Positions 49,275 to 57,227 of a DNA stretch of 64,000 bases are shown here, in pieces. Position 1 is the stretch's first letter, and each line of letters begins with the position of its first letter. The DNA comes from Lachnospiraceae bacterium. GTDB taxonomy: Bacteria > Bacillota > Clostridia > Lachnospirales > Lachnospiraceae. A program made the translations under genes and the position numbers. The notes under the pieces are model-generated. The model had not been told where the DNA came from. It searched no databases and saw nothing but the letters and a program-made list of their open reading frames with translations. Location of the stretch: the NCBI GenBank assembly GCA_017624855.1, contig JAGAMF010000002.1, positions 67,866 through 131,865 on the forward strand, in the 5' to 3' direction.

Positions 49275-49656
49275 AACTTAACATTCCGCCTATGGTTCCG
49301 GCGCCGGTACAAATTGCCAGCGTAGTAAAAAAATTCCCTGCAAAATCCTGCAATCCGTGATTACAAATCAAGCTGACCAGCACAAGAATAAGAAAATATG
49401 TAACGCCTACTACCAAACCCAACAAGTACTTCTTTACTTTTTTCTTTTTCCCCATAAAAAAACCGCCCATAAAATTAACTGCAATATACACTGCAATAAT
49501 GGCTATATTGGTAAACCCTTCACCAAACTGAAACCGGTAAATCAAAAAGGCCAACAACATCAACAATACCGCGGTTACAATATACATCCCAAGCATAGTA
49601 AACAACCACAAGGGAGCCTCTTTTTTTATAGTGCTTCCCCAATTTCCTTTCTCCAC
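49273..49656 (-). CDS. TIGR04086/YrzE-like small membrane protein
   Basis: 127 aa with 4 TMs, GGFFMGKKKKVKKYLLGLVVG and C-terminal GTIGGMLS; sits near SCIFF as in other clostridia (recalled synteny). Confidence 0.75.
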   Translation of the reverse strand: MEKGNWGSTIKKEAPLWLFTMLGMYIVTAVLLMLLAFLIYRFQFGEGFTNIAIIAVYIAVNFMGGFFMGKKKKVKKYLLGLVVGVTYFLILVLVSLICNHGLQDFAGNFFTTLAICTGAGTIGGMLS

Positions 49657-49694
49657 TTCACATAAACTCCTTTTACCTATGTTGTCTATGTTTC

Positions 49695-49723
49695 AAAATA
49701 TGCAAAAAACATTACCGATATGC
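49695..49723 (-). promoter_or_regulatory. sigmaE-like promoter
   Basis: Minus strand GCATATC-N14-CATATTTT upstream of the TIGR04086-like gene. Confidence 0.55.
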
Positions 49724-49831
49724 ACCCAAACCTTCTACATTTTAAGAAAACTTCAAACATGTACTTATATTTTGCCGCGGTAAAAAATCGGTTAACAAAA
49801 CATTTTTCACTTGGTTTTACATGTACTTCCC

Positions 49832-49860
49832 TTGACAGAATATGAGATATTTTGTATATT
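49832..49860 (+). promoter_or_regulatory. sigmaA promoter for the CNNM/hemolysin-family gene
   Basis: TTGACA-N17-TATATT. Confidence 0.65.
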
Positions 49861-49940
49861 TCATTCTAACGGTCTGTAAATAATATATATACTTTATAAA
49901 TCAGAACCGAATATTTTATATAAGAAAAGGAGTAAAAACT

Positions 49941-51302
49941 TTGGACCCAGACAGTCTGATTTTAACAGCAGAGCCGGCGGTAATCAGCCCGGCAATTATT
50001 TTTCAACTTGTAGTATTGGTAATTCTTGTTATTCTTTCAGCATTCTTCTCCTCTGCGGAGACCGCATTTTCAACCTGTAATAAGATAAAAATGCGTACGC
50101 TCGCAGAAGAAGGAAACAAAAAAGCTGCTTTGGTACTTAAGATTCTTGACAGCTACAGCAAACTTCTCAGTGCAATTCTGATTGGTAACAATGTAGTAAA
50201 CCTGTCGGCATCTTCTTTGGCAACTACTATTGCCATTGCTCTGAGTGAACCCTTAGGACTCCAAGCCAGCCTGATGACAGGTCTTGCAACCGGTATTTTA
50301 ACTGTTGTAGTTTTACTGGGCGGCGAAATCGTTCCGAAGACTTGGGCTAACCTGTATGCAGACAAGATTGCTTTGGTATATGCTCCCATTATTCGCTTTT
50401 TGATGGTTATCTTAACTCCGGTTATTTTTATCGTAGATAAAATTGCCTTGGGCATCTTAAAACTGTTCCGCATTGATCCCAGCAAAAAGAACAATGCCAT
50501 GACAGAAAGCGAATTGAGAAGCTATGTAGATGTCAGCCATGAAGACGGTGTAATTGAAGAAGAAGAACGAGAAATGATATATAATGTGTTCGATTTCGGC
50601 GATTCCCTTGCCAAGGATATTATGATTCCCCGAATCGACATGGTAACCGTGGAAGATACTGCTACCTACAAAGAAGTAATGGAACTGTTCCGCGAAAACA
50701 TGTACACCAGACTTCCGGTATATCATGATTCTACCGACAACATCATCGGTATCATCAATGTAAAAGATTTCCTGTTTGTAAAAGATACGGAAAAATTCAC
50801 AATCAAAGATATTATGCGTGATGCATACTATACATATGAGTATAAAAAGACCTCTGATTTAATGATGGAAATGCGTAAGTCCTCTTCCAACATTGCACTT
50901 GTATTAAACGAGTACGGCTCTACCGAAGGTATGATTACCTTAGAGGACCTTTTGGAAGAAATCGTAGGTGAAATTCGTGATGAATATGACGAAGACGAAG
51001 AAACCTTAATTCAGGACTTGGGCGACAACACCTATGTTGTTCCCGGCGGAATGAAGTTGGATGACATCAACAACTCCATTGATACAAACTTCAGCAGTGA
51101 AGACTACGACTCCATCGGTGGTTTGATTATCGAGAAACTGGATAAACTTCCTGAAGAAAACGAAACCGTAGAATTAGAAGACGGTACTGTTCTTACGGTA
51201 AAAACGGTAAATCAGAATCGTATTGAAGAAGTATTAATGAAACTGCCCTCTATAGCCGAAACAAATTCCGAAGAAAATGCAGAAGCAAAAAAAGAAAGCT
51301 GA
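49941..51302 (+). CDS. HlyC/CorC (CNNM/DUF21-CBS-CorC) family transporter
   Basis: SAFFSSAETAF, ILIGNNVVN, GEIVPK, IMIPR, TRLPVY, TLEDLLEEIVGEIRDEYD; TTG start after AAAGGAG. Confidence 0.93.
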   Translation: MDPDSLILTAEPAVISPAIIFQLVVLVILVILSAFFSSAETAFSTCNKIKMRTLAEEGNKKAALVLKILDSYSKLLSAILIGNNVVNLSASSLATTIAIALSEPLGLQASLMTGLATGILTVVVLLGGEIVPKTWANLYADKIALVYAPIIRFLMVILTPVIFIVDKIALGILKLFRIDPSKKNNAMTESELRSYVDVSHEDGVIEEEEREMIYNVFDFGDSLAKDIMIPRIDMVTVEDTATYKEVMELFRENMYTRLPVYHDSTDNIIGIINVKDFLFVKDTEKFTIKDIMRDAYYTYEYKKTSDLMMEMRKSSSNIALVLNEYGSTEGMITLEDLLEEIVGEIRDEYDEDEETLIQDLGDNTYVVPGGMKLDDINNSIDTNFSSEDYDSIGGLIIEKLDKLPEENETVELEDGTVLTVKTVNQNRIEEVLMKLPSIAETNSEENAEAKKES

Positions 51303-51331
51303 ATATAAAATGCTTCATTAGCAGAAAAAGC

Positions 51332-51365
51332 AAATGTCCATCCGCAAACGCGAATGGACATTTTT
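51332..51365. terminator. Bidirectional terminator between the convergent CNNM and MATE genes
   Basis: AAATGTCCAT-CCGCAAACGCGA-ATGGACATTTTT. Confidence 0.75.
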
Positions 51366-51433
51366 GCATTTTAACATTTTAATAATTATTACTCCTCATT
51401 ATCAGCACCACATTTTTTATCATGCACAACACT

Positions 51434-52801
51434 CTACCCATTTCCCTTACGCAACAATTTGCGGAATGTTACAAAGAAAACAATCGTAGTAACCGTAGCG
51501 GCTACAATATCGCTGACCGGCTCCGCAAGAAATACCGCAAATACTTTATGTTCTGTAAAAAGAGGCAGAATATATATCAGCGGAATCAACAAAACAATCT
51601 TACGAAGACACGCCATAAAAAGGCTGATTTTTGCCTGACCCAACGCCATAAAACTTTGTTGGCAACTACACTGAAAACCAAAAGCAAAAATACCTGCCAT
51701 ATAAATACGCAATGCCCATGCCGCATACTCTATCAATGCCGTATCGTCGGTGAAAACCTTAGCAAAGAGTTGCGGAAACAGCATAGATATCGCCCAAAAA
51801 GAAACCGCATAAACAATACAAATCATAAATTGCAGGAAAAATGCTTTTTTAACCCTATCATATTTTCCGGCGCCATAATTATAGCTGATAATCGGTTGTC
51901 CTCCCTGGCAAATTCCCTGAAGAGGCATCATCACAAGGGAAGAAACACTGGTAAGGATGGTCATGGCTCCCACTGCCAAATCATTACCATACTTTGCAAG
52001 ACTTGTCGTAAAACTGATAGACAACAAACTCTCGGTAGACAACATGACAAAAGTGGATATTCCCAATCCCAAACAAGGTCCGAAAATCTTAGGAATCAAC
52101 TTCATATTTTTCAGTTTTAATCTTAATATGGTCTTCTTTCCGGTCAGAAAATACAATACCCATATTGCGCCGATTGCCTGACTGATTATCGTTGCAAGCG
52201 CTGCACCTTTCACGCCAAGATCACATGCAAAAATCAATATCGGATCCAGAATAATATTAATTACTGCGCCGATTACGGTAGTCATCATACTAACTTTGGC
52301 AAATCCTTGGGTTGTGATAAAAGGATTCATTCCCATAACAATCAGTACAAAAACGCTTCCCAATATATAAATTCTGGCATAATCTACCGCAAACGGAAGG
52401 GTAACATTGCTTGCGCCAAAAAACTTCAACATATCCGGTGCAAACACATAAAAAACCGTGGTTAATATTACCGCAAAAATCAAAAGCAGAGAAAAGCAAT
52501 TCCCTACTATTTTCTCCGCCTTTTCATTATCTTTTTTCCCCATTGCAATGGCTGCCAAAGGCGCACCTCCGGAACCGGCCAACATAGCAAAAGCATTAAT
52601 AAACATAAGAATTGCCATAAAAAGCCCTACACCGGTTAATGCAGCTGCACCCGTTTCGGGAATATGTCCGATATAAATTCGGTCCACCACATTGTACAAC
52701 AGGTTTACCACCTGTGCCACCACCGCCGGAATTGCCAGTTTCGCCAAAAGCTTAGGCACACTGCCGGTACCCATGTCGTATGTTTTAGATTCTTCTTTCA
52801 T
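51434..52801 (-). CDS. MATE family efflux transporter (MepA-like)
   Basis: LAIPAVVAQVVNLLYNVVDRIYIG, INIILDPILIF...GVKGAALATIISQ, QPIISYNYGA; start MKEES just after the sirtuin stop. Confidence 0.92.
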   Translation of the reverse strand: MKEESKTYDMGTGSVPKLLAKLAIPAVVAQVVNLLYNVVDRIYIGHIPETGAAALTGVGLFMAILMFINAFAMLAGSGGAPLAAIAMGKKDNEKAEKIVGNCFSLLLIFAVILTTVFYVFAPDMLKFFGASNVTLPFAVDYARIYILGSVFVLIVMGMNPFITTQGFAKVSMMTTVIGAVINIILDPILIFACDLGVKGAALATIISQAIGAIWVLYFLTGKKTILRLKLKNMKLIPKIFGPCLGLGISTFVMLSTESLLSISFTTSLAKYGNDLAVGAMTILTSVSSLVMMPLQGICQGGQPIISYNYGAGKYDRVKKAFFLQFMICIVYAVSFWAISMLFPQLFAKVFTDDTALIEYAAWALRIYMAGIFAFGFQCSCQQSFMALGQAKISLFMACLRKIVLLIPLIYILPLFTEHKVFAVFLAEPVSDIVAATVTTIVFFVTFRKLLRKGNG

Positions 52802-52803
52802 AC

Positions 52804-53559
52804 CTAAATATCTTTCACAAGTTGCGGCAAGATATCCTTGCACTTACCATGCAATACATAATCCGCATATCTGTCCGTAAAATGTTCTTCCTCATTAATC
52901 AATATTAATTTATTTCCCGTATAATGTCCGGTGGAATATCTCACCTTGGAGCCATACAGGTTGGTTCCAAGCACAAGCACTAAATCTGCATTGGCACAAG
53001 CTACCGCAGCTTCCGTCATACGGTCGTTTCGCACACTCTCTCCAAACAGACGGAGTCCGGGACGCAGAGCAACCTTACACTCATCACACACAGGCACATT
53101 TTTAGCACTTAATATGTAATCCAAAGGAAAATTCTTCTTACACATAGGACAGTAATTGGAATAAATTGTCCCCTGGAATTCAATAACATTACGCAAACCG
53201 CTCCTGTACTCCAATCCGTAAATATTCATACTGATTGTAGCCCGCAGTTTCCCCCTATCCTGCAACTTCTTTAACGCCGCAAAAGTCTCGCTGGGCTCCG
53301 GAAGTGTACTGATTACCTCTTTCTTATAAAACTTATAATACTTTTCTTTTTTTGTGGCATACATTCCGGCTGATAAAATTTCTTCGGGACTGTCTCCGTA
53401 TTCCTTCTCAATACGATAGAGATTGTCACTTGACCAAATATCCACACCGCCACTTTCCACAACCGTTCCCAAACCGGTTACACAGACAATATTATTTGCC
53501 TGGGAAATCATGGTTTTTACATGCCCCAATACCGCCTCTTGTAAATTTCTCATACGCAT
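52804..53559 (-). CDS. Sir2/CobB-family protein with degenerate catalytic motifs
   Basis: Sirtuin layout (VTGLGTVVESG, PSETFAAL, Zn pairs CPMC/CDEC, RPGLRLFGE, ADLVLVLGTNL, LILIN), but QNID reads MNIY and the ELHG motif reads EFQG. Confidence 0.8.
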   Translation of the reverse strand: MRMRNLQEAVLGHVKTMISQANNIVCVTGLGTVVESGGVDIWSSDNLYRIEKEYGDSPEEILSAGMYATKKEKYYKFYKKEVISTLPEPSETFAALKKLQDRGKLRATISMNIYGLEYRSGLRNVIEFQGTIYSNYCPMCKKNFPLDYILSAKNVPVCDECKVALRPGLRLFGESVRNDRMTEAAVACANADLVLVLGTNLYGSKVRYSTGHYTGNKLILINEEEHFTDRYADYVLHGKCKDILPQLVKDI

Positions 53560-53599
53560 CCACCCCTAATAGATACATTGTTTATAAGTTCCTATTTTT

Positions 53600-53628
53600 A
53601 TTGTAGAATTGAATGCCCAAAAAGTCAA
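53600..53628 (-). promoter_or_regulatory. sigmaA promoter for sirtuin-MATE
   Basis: TTGACT-N17-TACAAT. Confidence 0.65.
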
Positions 53629-53646
53629 GTACAGGCCCCGAATTCT

Positions 53647-55968
53647 TTACTGTCTTGAAGGGTGGCAGGTAAAATAAATCAGCTGATATTCTTGCGCAAT
53701 TTCGGCAAGAACATGCTTTGCTCCTTCCATTGATTTCTCATCCAGATTTACAAACGGATCATCCAATACCACAAAAGGCTCTTCCTTCTCAAACAAAGCA
53801 TCAATCAATGCCAATCTGCTGCACAACTCCATGGTTTCACGCATACCCGCACTGTAATATCCGATGTCTCTTTTTACACCGTCTTCATCGCATTTTATTG
53901 CCAATTTGACATCCAGTGATGCTCCTTCAAAAGTACCTTTGCGAAACAGTTCCCTATATTTCATAAAACCTGCATTCATTTTGCGTAAATACCGGGAAGA
54001 AAACTCATTTTTTGCCTGATTTAAGTATTTAAGAGTTTTCTCGAGCCGCTTATATTTTATCCGGTAATCCGATAATTTTTCTTCCAGTTCTTCCACTTCC
54101 GCTTTCCACTGTTCGCAATCTTCCAGCATGACCATGTACTGTTCTATGGTGCGATTCATACGGCTTAATTTCAGCTCAGACGCTTCCATTTGTTCTTCTA
54201 AAACAAGCTCCTGCCTCTGCAATTCTTCCACAGAAGGCAATTTGTCTTCTGCATCCGTTTTCTCGCATTCGGTCTGTTCCGTTTGTTTGCACAATGCTTC
54301 ATATTGTCCGCTTATTTTTACATATTCATTTCGCTTTTGTGCGATTTCTCTTAATATGCTTTCATTCGGCTCATTTCCTTCATTCCCATACTTACTCAAA
54401 AAAGCCAACAGCTCTGTTCGAAGACATTCTTTTTCTTGAAGCCTTTTTGCTTCTGCTTCTTCATATAAACGCCTATTTTCATCCACTCTGTTTTGCTCGT
54501 TTAAGGTGACGCGAATCCTGTGAATGTAGGATAAAACATCCTTCTCGCCTGTAATTGCAAACCCTTGCAAATACAAAGAAACCGACTTTTTATTCTTGCT
54601 AATCTCTGCTTCCAATGCATCGCATTCTTCCTGCAATTCTATGATTTCTTCGCATTCCTCTTCATCATTACCAAGCTTCTTTTTGCGACCGGTAACAAGC
54701 ACAAAACCAATGATTGCCACAACCGATATAGCAGCCATGATTCCCGCACTCAACGCAGACACCATAAAATAGCACAATACCGCAACAATAATCGCAAGCA
54801 CGGCAATCATCACTATAATCGTCTGTATCTTATGCAAACTACGGCGTTCAATCGCTCTTTGTTCTGCCTCCTCCTGCTCTTTCTCCGACCAAACCTGCAA
54901 CTGCAACTCTTTCTTCGCAAGCAGCAGTTCCTTTTCCACAGCCTGATTCCACTTCTCTTCGCAAGCATCCAGTTCCTCTTCCGTTACCGGATATGCCGAC
55001 AAGCGTTCTGCCAATTCCGGATATCTGTGGCTCCAAGAAAGAGAAGGCTGTTTCTCGTGGTTATTTCTGTACCGGGTAAACAAATCCCGATAATGCTCCA
55101 GCTCTTCTTCTCCCGGCATTCCATTATGAAAATATGAATCCAAGACTTCCACTTCACCTCTCAGCCTCTCTTTTTCTGCCTCCAAGGCCATGTAATGCCG
55201 ATATTTCTCTTCTCTGACAGCCTGCTCTCCTGCTCTGCGAATCTGTTTCTTCAACTCCTCTTTCTGACGAATATTGCTTTCACGCTCCGCCAGACATTCT
55301 TCCTTCTGCTTCTTCCATTCTTCCAAAGAAGATTCGATTTCCCGCGCCTCTGCTATTTTTCTTTTCAGCCCGGCAACTTCTTCCTCCAGTTCGGGTATTT
55401 TACCCTTATTACCGTTTTTATGATAAAACTTCATCTCCGCTTCCAGTCTGCCGCAAGCCTTCTCATAGCAGTCCAAATCATCCCCTCCGGCCATAAGACC
55501 GCTCATCTTGGCCGCGGCACTGTCTGTCAGGGAAACCGCATACTTTCCCTGTTTCATAAAAATGCTCTGCTCAAAGGAAACCCGATCGATACCAAACAAT
55601 TCTTCACCGATATTCTTCGAATACGCATTGGATTCCAACCCGGTCTTTATATCATATAACATGAAACTGTCTTCTTTGTCTTTGGTTCCGAAAAAACGCT
55701 CGATGCGGTATGTTTCACCATCTGTTTCAAATACCAGATTACCGCCGTAAGCCCCTCCGTTCCACGGTTCATACTTCTTGCGTTCATTCTCGTCCAAATT
55801 GCGCTTGGTGCTCTTCTCCATACCGTAAAACATCGCCTTAAGAAAAGTTGCAAGCGTAGTCTTACCCCAACCGTTCTCCTGCATGATACAGTTTAAGCCC
55901 TCTTTAAACTCATAGGAAAACTTATGCATGCCGCCAAAATTCTCTATGTAACACGAAATCAATCTCAT
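53647..55968 (-). CDS. YhaN/SbcE-like SMC/Rad50-family ATPase with a central TM hairpin
   Basis: IENFGG, Walker A ENGWGKTT, long coiled coils, two hydrophobic helices mid-protein, YSAG signature, VVLDDPFVNLD, FTCH; overlaps the yhaO-like stop. Confidence 0.85.
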   Translation of the reverse strand: MRLISCYIENFGGMHKFSYEFKEGLNCIMQENGWGKTTLATFLKAMFYGMEKSTKRNLDENERKKYEPWNGGAYGGNLVFETDGETYRIERFFGTKDKEDSFMLYDIKTGLESNAYSKNIGEELFGIDRVSFEQSIFMKQGKYAVSLTDSAAAKMSGLMAGGDDLDCYEKACGRLEAEMKFYHKNGNKGKIPELEEEVAGLKRKIAEAREIESSLEEWKKQKEECLAERESNIRQKEELKKQIRRAGEQAVREEKYRHYMALEAEKERLRGEVEVLDSYFHNGMPGEEELEHYRDLFTRYRNNHEKQPSLSWSHRYPELAERLSAYPVTEEELDACEEKWNQAVEKELLLAKKELQLQVWSEKEQEEAEQRAIERRSLHKIQTIIVMIAVLAIIVAVLCYFMVSALSAGIMAAISVVAIIGFVLVTGRKKKLGNDEEECEEIIELQEECDALEAEISKNKKSVSLYLQGFAITGEKDVLSYIHRIRVTLNEQNRVDENRRLYEEAEAKRLQEKECLRTELLAFLSKYGNEGNEPNESILREIAQKRNEYVKISGQYEALCKQTEQTECEKTDAEDKLPSVEELQRQELVLEEQMEASELKLSRMNRTIEQYMVMLEDCEQWKAEVEELEEKLSDYRIKYKRLEKTLKYLNQAKNEFSSRYLRKMNAGFMKYRELFRKGTFEGASLDVKLAIKCDEDGVKRDIGYYSAGMRETMELCSRLALIDALFEKEEPFVVLDDPFVNLDEKSMEGAKHVLAEIAQEYQLIYFTCHPSRQ

Positions 55969-57041
55969 ACCTGCAATTCCTCCCCTGACAGGGCACGGAT
56001 TCCCAACAGAATCATTTGCTCCTTCTCTTCCTGCGTTTCTTTACCGTTCATGACGGTACGAACAAATTCTCCCTTCAGGGAAATTTGATGTTCATACTCC
56101 GTATAATCAATGGAGAGCTTGGATATATCCTTAAACTTCATGAAATAGAACCGCCCTTCCATGGCCTGCTCAAAATAAGTAAAGTCTTTCTCGGTTTCCA
56201 CCGTATAGAAGCCCGTAAAAATTACTTTTACCATATCCGATGAGGAAATATCCTCTGTTTTTTTATGGATTTCCCGCAATAAATCCGTAGCGGTCTCCAA
56301 ACCGGTAATATCCACTTCAACTTCATGCAATGTTCTTGATGCCATAGGCACAAAACGGCTGTTTACCTTACCGTTCTCTACCTCCAACAATACCACGCCC
56401 TTTTTGCCACACTCATCAAATCCCCTTCCTTCGGGACATCCGCAATAGCAATATTCTCCGCGATAATCCAAGGCTTCTTTTTTATAAAAATGAACATGCC
56501 CAAGAGCCAGGTAATCAATGTTTCGATTCTTCAACGCCGGAAGGGAAATCAAACTTGCATCGTCCTTAACATTACTGCGCACTTCCTGTCCGTGAAGCAT
56601 GACAATGTTAATGCGTTCCGCCTGAGTTATAAGCGACGCATAGTGCATATCGTCTTCCATGGTTTCCTTACCGAATATGGATATTTGCCCATATTGATAC
56701 TCCGTCCAGTTTCCATTAAAGAGTTTCAAATTCTCAGGCAAGTCCCTTCCTGCCATAAAATCAGTCTGCCAATCGTGATTGCCTCTTAAATATAAAAAAT
56801 CCAATTCCGGATTCTCTGCAATCGTATCCCACACCAAATTCCTTGCTTTGGCAGAAATTACCTTACGGTCGAATAAGTCTCCTGAAATTAAAATTCCCCG
56901 CGCGCCTTCTTTTACTGCAAAATCCACAATTCTTTTGAATGTGAGCAATATTTCGTTTCTGCGTTCCGCCGCCTGCTCCCGGCTCATGTTGCTTTCCAAT
57001 TTTGAATCCAGATGCAAATCCGCACAATGTATGAACTTCAT
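55965..57041 (-). CDS. YhaO/SbcD/Mre11-like metallophosphoesterase (DNA repair nuclease)
   Basis: HCADLHL, SGDLFD, RGNHD, MLHG, ALGHVH, YCGCPEGRGFDE. Confidence 0.9.
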   Translation of the reverse strand: MKFIHCADLHLDSKLESNMSREQAAERRNEILLTFKRIVDFAVKEGARGILISGDLFDRKVISAKARNLVWDTIAENPELDFLYLRGNHDWQTDFMAGRDLPENLKLFNGNWTEYQYGQISIFGKETMEDDMHYASLITQAERINIVMLHGQEVRSNVKDDASLISLPALKNRNIDYLALGHVHFYKKEALDYRGEYCYCGCPEGRGFDECGKKGVVLLEVENGKVNSRFVPMASRTLHEVEVDITGLETATDLLREIHKKTEDISSSDMVKVIFTGFYTVETEKDFTYFEQAMEGRFYFMKFKDISKLSIDYTEYEHQISLKGEFVRTVMNGKETQEEKEQMILLGIRALSGEELQV

Positions 57042-57146
57042 TCTTTTACTCCTCTTAAACCAGTACTCTTTTATAATATTTTTATACTATTTCCTATTCC
57101 TTTTTCAATGCAACTATTGTAAAATAATGATAATTGTATATAACGC

Positions 57147-57188
57147 ATTTTATCATATCCCCGATAAGGTGTAAAGAACAAATGTTCG
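57147..57188 (-). promoter_or_regulatory. LexA (Cheo/DinR) box abutting the -35 of the yhaO-like promoter
   Basis: Minus strand CGAACATTTGTTCT (57188-57175; GAAC-N4-GTTC), overlapping by one base TTTACA (57175-57170)-N17-TAAAAT (57152-57147) with a TGn extension. Confidence 0.8.
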
Positions 57189-57227
57189 ATTAAATATTCC
57201 CATTTACAAAGAAAGGAGGATGCATTT

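Noticed and set aside
53647-57041. Nuclease plus SMC-like ATPase next to a Sir2 gene as a defence system (Wadjet/Lamassu/Thoeris/DSR-like)
   Set aside because: The pair fits YhaO/YhaN repair proteins with a LexA box; the sirtuin is CobB-like with a Zn finger and its own promoter, not a SIR2_2-type effector; no TIR, HerA or pAgo partner is present.
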